Origin: Candidatus Latescibacterota bacterium
GTDB taxonomy: Bacteria; Latescibacterota; UBA2968; UBA8231
NCBI GenBank assembly: GCA_965261395.1
Contig: OZ253462.1
Span: 3,776,001-3,840,000, forward strand
Reading direction: 5' to 3'
Length of the DNA: 64,000 nucleotides
Numbering within the stretch: the first letter of the stretch is position 1; each line of letters starts with the position of its first letter. The notes below the pieces were generated by a model. The model saw nothing but the letters and a program-made list of their open reading frames with translations, did no database searches and had not been told where the DNA came from. The position numbers and the translations under genes are program-made. This document shows positions 59,124-64,000 of the stretch, in pieces.

Positions 59124-60608
59124 ATGGAACTAAAATACCTACTCGAAGAGCTACCTGACGCCTGCGTGGAGGGTGACCCAGATATTGATTTAGGGCAGAT
59201 CCGTTGCGATTCGCGCTGTGTGGAGGAAGGCGACTTTTTCGTGGCCGTGCGCGGGGGACAGGAGCAGGACCGACACCGCTTTGTCGACCATGCCATAGCC
59301 CGCGGTGCCCGTGCCGTGATGGTGGAGGAACGGATCGATTGTGCCGGAGCGACCCGGGTACAGGTGGCGGACTGCCGGGCCGCGCTAGCCCGAATGGCGG
59401 CGCGCTTTTACGCCTTTCCTGGACGAGCGCTGCTCAACGTCGGCGTCACTGGCACCAATGGCAAGACCACTACCGCCTTTCTGCTCAGGAGCGCCCTCGA
59501 AGCCGCCGGTTTGCCGTGCGGGTACTTGGGGACTTTGGGATTCTGGGGCGATGGCGAATTGGAGAAGGTGAACAATACTACGCCCGAGGCCGTCCAGCTA
59601 CACGGCTTACTGCGCCGGTTCGTTGATGCCGGCAAGCGAGCAGCCGTGCTAGAAGTGTCTTCCCATGGACTGGCATTAAAGAGGGTGGAGGGCATTCCCT
59701 TCCGGGCGGCGATCTTTACCAATTTGACGCGTGATCACTTGGATTTTCACGGGACTTGGGAGGCGTACTTTGCCGCCAAGGCTCGGCTTTTTGAGGACCT
59801 GCAAGAAGGCGGGATTGCGGTGATTAACGCCGACGACGCCCACGCAGATGAATTGGCCCGCAGGACCCAGGCGCGCGTTGTAACGTACGGCTGTGGCCCG
59901 GAGGCCGAGGTGCGGTTGCAAAGCGCCGATGTTGGCCCGCAGGGAACGCATCTGTGTTTGGACACCCCAGCCGGCCCCATCGAGGTACAGACGCATTTGA
60001 TCGGCCGCTTCAACTACTACAACGCCATGGCCGTCGTGGCCACCGGATTGGCATTGGATTTGGATACCGCGGCTCTGTGCCGTGGCTTGGCCGCCCTAGA
60101 GAGCGTCCCAGGCCGCTGTGAGCAGATCGTCGAGGGGCAGGACTTCGCGGTCGTCGTGGATTACGCCCACACTCCGGACGCGCTGGAAAGGGTTTTGCAC
60201 GCCGCCCGAGACTTGGGGAGCGGCCGTTTGATCTGCGTCTGCGGTTGCGGCGGGGATCGGGACCGAGGCAAGCGGGCTTTGATGGGCCGCGTCGCCGGCG
60301 AGTTGGCCGATTGGACGGTCTTAACCTCGGACAACCCGCGTAGCGAGGACCCACAGCATATCATCGACGAGATGGCTGCTGGCGCGCCCGATAGCAGTGC
60401 GGTACACAGCGAAATTGACCGCGCACAAGCCATTGCCATGGCTCTCGCCGCTGCGCATAGCGGGGATGTCGTGGTAATTGCCGGCAAGGGGCATGAACAG
60501 AAACAGGAACAGGCTGATCGCGTAGTGGCCTTTGACGACCGCGAAGTTGCGCGGCGCGTGCTGAGAGGCTTGCGCGCTGGGGAAAGGCAGCTATCATGCG
60601 CGCCGTGA
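59124..60608 (+). CDS. murE: UDP-MurNAc-tripeptide synthetase (mDAP type)
   Basis: TGTNGKTT, EVSSH, DHLD, DYAHTPD, DNPR. Confidence 0.96.
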   Translation: MELKYLLEELPDACVEGDPDIDLGQIRCDSRCVEEGDFFVAVRGGQEQDRHRFVDHAIARGARAVMVEERIDCAGATRVQVADCRAALARMAARFYAFPGRALLNVGVTGTNGKTTTAFLLRSALEAAGLPCGYLGTLGFWGDGELEKVNNTTPEAVQLHGLLRRFVDAGKRAAVLEVSSHGLALKRVEGIPFRAAIFTNLTRDHLDFHGTWEAYFAAKARLFEDLQEGGIAVINADDAHADELARRTQARVVTYGCGPEAEVRLQSADVGPQGTHLCLDTPAGPIEVQTHLIGRFNYYNAMAVVATGLALDLDTAALCRGLAALESVPGRCEQIVEGQDFAVVVDYAHTPDALERVLHAARDLGSGRLICVCGCGGDRDRGKRALMGRVAGELADWTVLTSDNPRSEDPQHIIDEMAAGAPDSSAVHSEIDRAQAIAMALAAAHSGDVVVIAGKGHEQKQEQADRVVAFDDREVARRVLRGLRAGERQLSCAP

Positions 60609-61972
60609 CCCTGAGCGAGATGATGCAGTGGACGGCTGCCGATCTGGTCGGCAGCCTCCGGCCAGATTGCGCCCTACAAGCGGTGGCGACCGACAGCCGG
60701 TCCATCGACGAGGGCGAGTTGTTCGTTGCGCTGCGGGGCGAGCACTTCGACGGGCACGACTTCGTCGAGGCCGCCTTTGCCCGCGGCGCGTGCGCGGCCT
60801 TAGTGGAACGCCGTTGGCCAGGGTTGGACCGGGCGGCCTCCGGTCCGCTGTTGGCCGTTGACTCGACGCTGCAAGCGCTGGGCGATATGGCGCGGGCGTA
60901 TCGACGGCACTGGGAGGTACCGGTGGTGGCTGTCGTAGGCAGCGCGGGCAAGACGACGACCAAGGAAATGATCGCTGCTGTCTTGGGACAGCGGTATAGC
61001 ATTTTGAAAACCATCGGCAGCGAGAACAACGAGATAGGGGTGCCCCGCACTCTGCTGCAATTGTCGCCGAGCCACGAGGCGGTGGTGTTGGAACTGGCGG
61101 CGCGGCGGGTGGGGGACATTCGCTACTTGTGTTCGGTTGCCGAGCCTACCATTGGGGTTCTGCTCAACATTGGGACTGCACACATAGAATTTTTCGGGTC
61201 TGTAGAAGGAGTGGCCAAAGCTAAAGGGGAGCTTCTGGATTATTTGGGCGAGTCTTTAACGGCTCTCGTCAACGCCGATGACCGTGTCGTGGCTCAGGAG
61301 GTAAAGAGGACAAAGGGGAGACTCCTGACCTTCGGTTTTGCGCGTGAGAGCGAGTTTCGTGGGGAGAGGCTCGTACTCGACCAGAAGGGCTGCGGCCACT
61401 TCCTTCTACACCATGTTCCCATTGATCTCAATATTCCGGGGCGGCACAACGCGTACAACGCCTTGGCTGCGGCCGCCGTCGGTCGCATCCTCGGCGTGCC
61501 TTGGGAAGGGATCCAGCGCGCCCTCGCCGGGTTCCAAGCGGTGAGCCAACGCAGCGAGGTCGTGTGCAAAAATGGGATCGCAGTAATCGACGATTGCTAC
61601 AACGCCAGTCCCGGCTCGATGTCGGCCGCACTCGACCTTCTCGTCGATGTGCCCGGTGAGCGGAAAATTGCCGTGCTCGGCGACATGCTAGAGCTCGGTG
61701 CGGAGAGCGGCCCGTTGCACGCGGCCGTCGGCGAGAAGGCTGCCGCGTGCGCCGATGTCATACTGGCTGCCGGCCGCGAAAGCGCGCACTTGGTGGCCGC
61801 GGCCCGCGCGGCTGGTATGGCCCAAGACGCGGCTCGCCACTTCGAGCAGCCCGAGCAACTTGGTGAATTCGCCGCCGAGCAATTGCGCCACGGCGATGCG
61901 GTCTTAGTCAAGGCCTCCCGGGCCATGGCCTTTGACCGAGTCGTCGAGCGCATTCTGCAGCAGTTGAGATAG
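60596..61972 (+). CDS. murF: UDP-MurNAc-pentapeptide synthetase
   Basis: GSAGKTTTKE, NNEIG, DDCYNA, GDMLELG, VKASR. Confidence 0.95.
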   Translation: MRAVTLSEMMQWTAADLVGSLRPDCALQAVATDSRSIDEGELFVALRGEHFDGHDFVEAAFARGACAALVERRWPGLDRAASGPLLAVDSTLQALGDMARAYRRHWEVPVVAVVGSAGKTTTKEMIAAVLGQRYSILKTIGSENNEIGVPRTLLQLSPSHEAVVLELAARRVGDIRYLCSVAEPTIGVLLNIGTAHIEFFGSVEGVAKAKGELLDYLGESLTALVNADDRVVAQEVKRTKGRLLTFGFARESEFRGERLVLDQKGCGHFLLHHVPIDLNIPGRHNAYNALAAAAVGRILGVPWEGIQRALAGFQAVSQRSEVVCKNGIAVIDDCYNASPGSMSAALDLLVDVPGERKIAVLGDMLELGAESGPLHAAVGEKAAACADVILAAGRESAHLVAAARAAGMAQDAARHFEQPEQLGEFAAEQLRHGDAVLVKASRAMAFDRVVERILQQLR

Positions 61973-62026
61973 CTCGCTCCCACCGGGCGCGTTCTCAATC
62001 CCCTAGCAACTAGCGAGTTCCTGCTG

Positions 62027-63148
62027 ATGATAGCTGTTCAGCGCGACAGCATGTTCGTGTTGCTGATCTGCATGACGCTAGTAGGCCTGGGGCTGGTCAT
62101 GGTCTATAGCGCTAGTTCGGTTTTGGCTAACGTGCGCTTTGGCGACTCGGGCCTTTTCCTTAAGAAGCAATCCATCCGCGTCCTCATCGGCTTGGTGCTC
62201 ATGCTCGCGTTTTCGCGGCTGCCTTTGCATTGGTGGGCGCGGCTTTCGCGCCCCATCATGTTGTTGTCGCTCTTGTCGCTCTTGCTGGTCTTGGCATGGG
62301 GCCATGGTGCAGCCCAACGCTGGTTGAGCATTCCGGCCTTGGGCGGTGGCTTAGTCTTTCAGCCGGCCGAGTTCGCCAAGCTGGCGCTGGTTCTCTACTT
62401 GGCGGATGTCTTGGTGCGCAAGCGCGACGAGCTACACGACTTTAGCCGCGGGTTTGTCCCCCGTTTGTTGGTCGTCGGCTTCGCCCTCGTGCTCATAGTA
62501 TTACAGCCCGACTTGGGGACGGCCATTGCGCTGGGGCTGATTGCCTTGATCATGCTGTGGGTCGGCGGAATGCGCCTGTACCACTTGGCCGGGGCTGGGT
62601 TGCTCGCGCTATTGGGCGTTGGGCTTTCCCTGATGAATTCGAGTTATCAGATGCGCCGCTTGATCAACTTTATTGACCCAGAACGCGATCCGGCGGGTTC
62701 CTACCAACTCTTGCAGTCGCTCTGCGGCATGGGTAACGGCGGCCTTTTTGGGGTGGGTTTGGGCAACAGCATGCAAAAAGAGCAGTACCTCCCCGAGCCA
62801 CACACGGATTTTGTCTTCTCGGTCATCGGCGAGGAAATGGGTCTTATGGGTACGCTAGTCGTACTAGGGCTTTTCGCGGCATTTTCATTTTACGGGTTGC
62901 GCATCGGTGCCCGCGCCGGAGATACGTACGGCTTTTTGGTCGCCACCGGCATTACGGCAATGATTTCGATATACGCCTTGCTGAACATCGGCGTGGTCAT
63001 CGGGGTACTACCCACCACTGGCTTGCCGCTGCCCTTCGTCAGCTACGGAGGTTCGTCGCTGATGGGGAATATGGCGGGAGTGGGCATCTTGCTAGGGGTC
63101 GCCCGCACGGCCCCCGGACACCAAGAGGGGTTGGTGCGTTGGCAGTGA
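62027..63148 (+). CDS. ftsW: SEDS glycosyltransferase FtsW
   Basis: QPAEFAK, QPDLG, PEPHTDF, SYGGSS. Confidence 0.95.
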   Translation: MIAVQRDSMFVLLICMTLVGLGLVMVYSASSVLANVRFGDSGLFLKKQSIRVLIGLVLMLAFSRLPLHWWARLSRPIMLLSLLSLLLVLAWGHGAAQRWLSIPALGGGLVFQPAEFAKLALVLYLADVLVRKRDELHDFSRGFVPRLLVVGFALVLIVLQPDLGTAIALGLIALIMLWVGGMRLYHLAGAGLLALLGVGLSLMNSSYQMRRLINFIDPERDPAGSYQLLQSLCGMGNGGLFGVGLGNSMQKEQYLPEPHTDFVFSVIGEEMGLMGTLVVLGLFAAFSFYGLRIGARAGDTYGFLVATGITAMISIYALLNIGVVIGVLPTTGLPLPFVSYGGSSLMGNMAGVGILLGVARTAPGHQEGLVRWQ

Positions 63149-64000
63149 TGAAGACTCTCTTCGACCAATATCGCCGCGTGCACCTCGTCGGAATCGGCGG
63201 AGCGGGCATGGAGGGCTTGGCCCGGCTCCTTGCGGCCAAAGGCTGTGTGGTAAGCGGATCGGATCAGGCCGATTCGCGCAGCGTCGCGCTACTGCGCCAA
63301 GAGGGATTCTCAGTCGCAGTGGGGCACGATGGCCAGCTCGTACAAGACGTGGATCTAGTGGTGTATTCGGCCGCCGTACCGGCTGACAACCTCGAGCGGC
63401 GGGCTGCCGCGCAAGAGGGAATTCCCACGGCGAGTCGGGCCGAGGTGCTCGGGGAACTGTCCCGCGCACCGTTGACCCTCGCCGTAGCTGGTGCCCACGG
63501 CAAGACGACGACCGCTTCGATGGTGGCGGCGATCTTGCGCCGCGCTGGCCTCGATCCCCAAGTCTTGATCGGGGGCTGGATAAACGGGCGGCCGCAGGCC
63601 GAGTTGGGCAGCGGCGAGGTCTTTGTGGTAGAGGCCGATGAGTTTGCCGGCAGCTTCTTGCACTTGTATCCGAGTTTGGCCATCGTGACAGGTGTCGACG
63701 CCGAACATCTCGACTACTATGGGAGCTTGGAAACCCTCGAACGGGCCTTCGGCCAATTTCTCGCGCGTTTGCCCTTCTGCGGTCGTAGCGTGCTGGCCGG
63801 GGACGGGCTGGTCGGGGAGCGGGTGCTGGCCGACTTGCAGCGCCCCCATCAGACCTATGGCATGGATGGCGACAACGACTACCGGATCGCCGAGCTCGAA
63901 GAGCGGGCTTGGGGCAGCCGGTTTGCCCTGTGTTTCGACGGGCAAAAGCTAGGCGAGATCGAACTACAGGTCCACGGCGTACACAATGTCCGCAATGCCG
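63148..64000 (+). CDS. murC: UDP-MurNAc--L-alanine ligase, runs off the window end
   Basis: Translated by hand: MKTLFDQYRRVHLVGIGGAGMEGLA..GSD..AGAHGKTTT..VEADE..EHLD. Confidence 0.93.
   Translation, partial: MKTLFDQYRRVHLVGIGGAGMEGLARLLAAKGCVVSGSDQADSRSVALLRQEGFSVAVGHDGQLVQDVDLVVYSAAVPADNLERRAAAQEGIPTASRAEVLGELSRAPLTLAVAGAHGKTTTASMVAAILRRAGLDPQVLIGGWINGRPQAELGSGEVFVVEADEFAGSFLHLYPSLAIVTGVDAEHLDYYGSLETLERAFGQFLARLPFCGRSVLAGDGLVGERVLADLQRPHQTYGMDGDNDYRIAELEERAWGSRFALCFDGQKLGEIELQVHGVHNVRNA

Overview
GC-rich bacterial chromosome segment. The dockerin/LRR lipoprotein, the secreted proteases with a YPNPFN-type C-terminal Ig domain and the UBact operon suggest a Gram-negative candidate-phylum organism such as Latescibacterota, possibly host-associated; this is inference only. 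From left to right: (1) 1-6.1 kb, an accessory/defence patch with an IS5 end, a RES-Xre TA pair, a frameshifted Ser/Thr kinase, a split LRR lipoprotein and an Rpn-family gene. (2) 6-16 kb, metabolic genes, cysS and lepB. (3) 16-22.4 kb, a complete UBact/proteasome operon (arc-dop-ubact-prcB-prcA-pafA). (4) 22.4-27 kb, a low-GC island with VapBC, a Tsp45I-like R-M system whose endonuclease is broken by an IS903-like element, and an orphan HicB. (5) 27-41.6 kb, an M6 protease, AAA ATPase, long ECF sigma factor, ABC proteins and tRNA-Ala. (6) 41.6-51 kb, thiolase, an ssb with a sigma54-like promoter, a frameshifted MTase-TRD fusion, yyaL, cysK and a matrixin operon. (7) 51.3-55.2 kb, a Cys-rich MerR regulator heading iscA-iscS-rhodanese/moeB, then trmB. 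(8) 55.4-64 kb, a dcw cluster lacking mraY, murD and murG. At least seven single-event gene lesions are visible. No CRISPR array, rRNA or prophage was seen. All family calls come from motif recognition by eye, not database searches.
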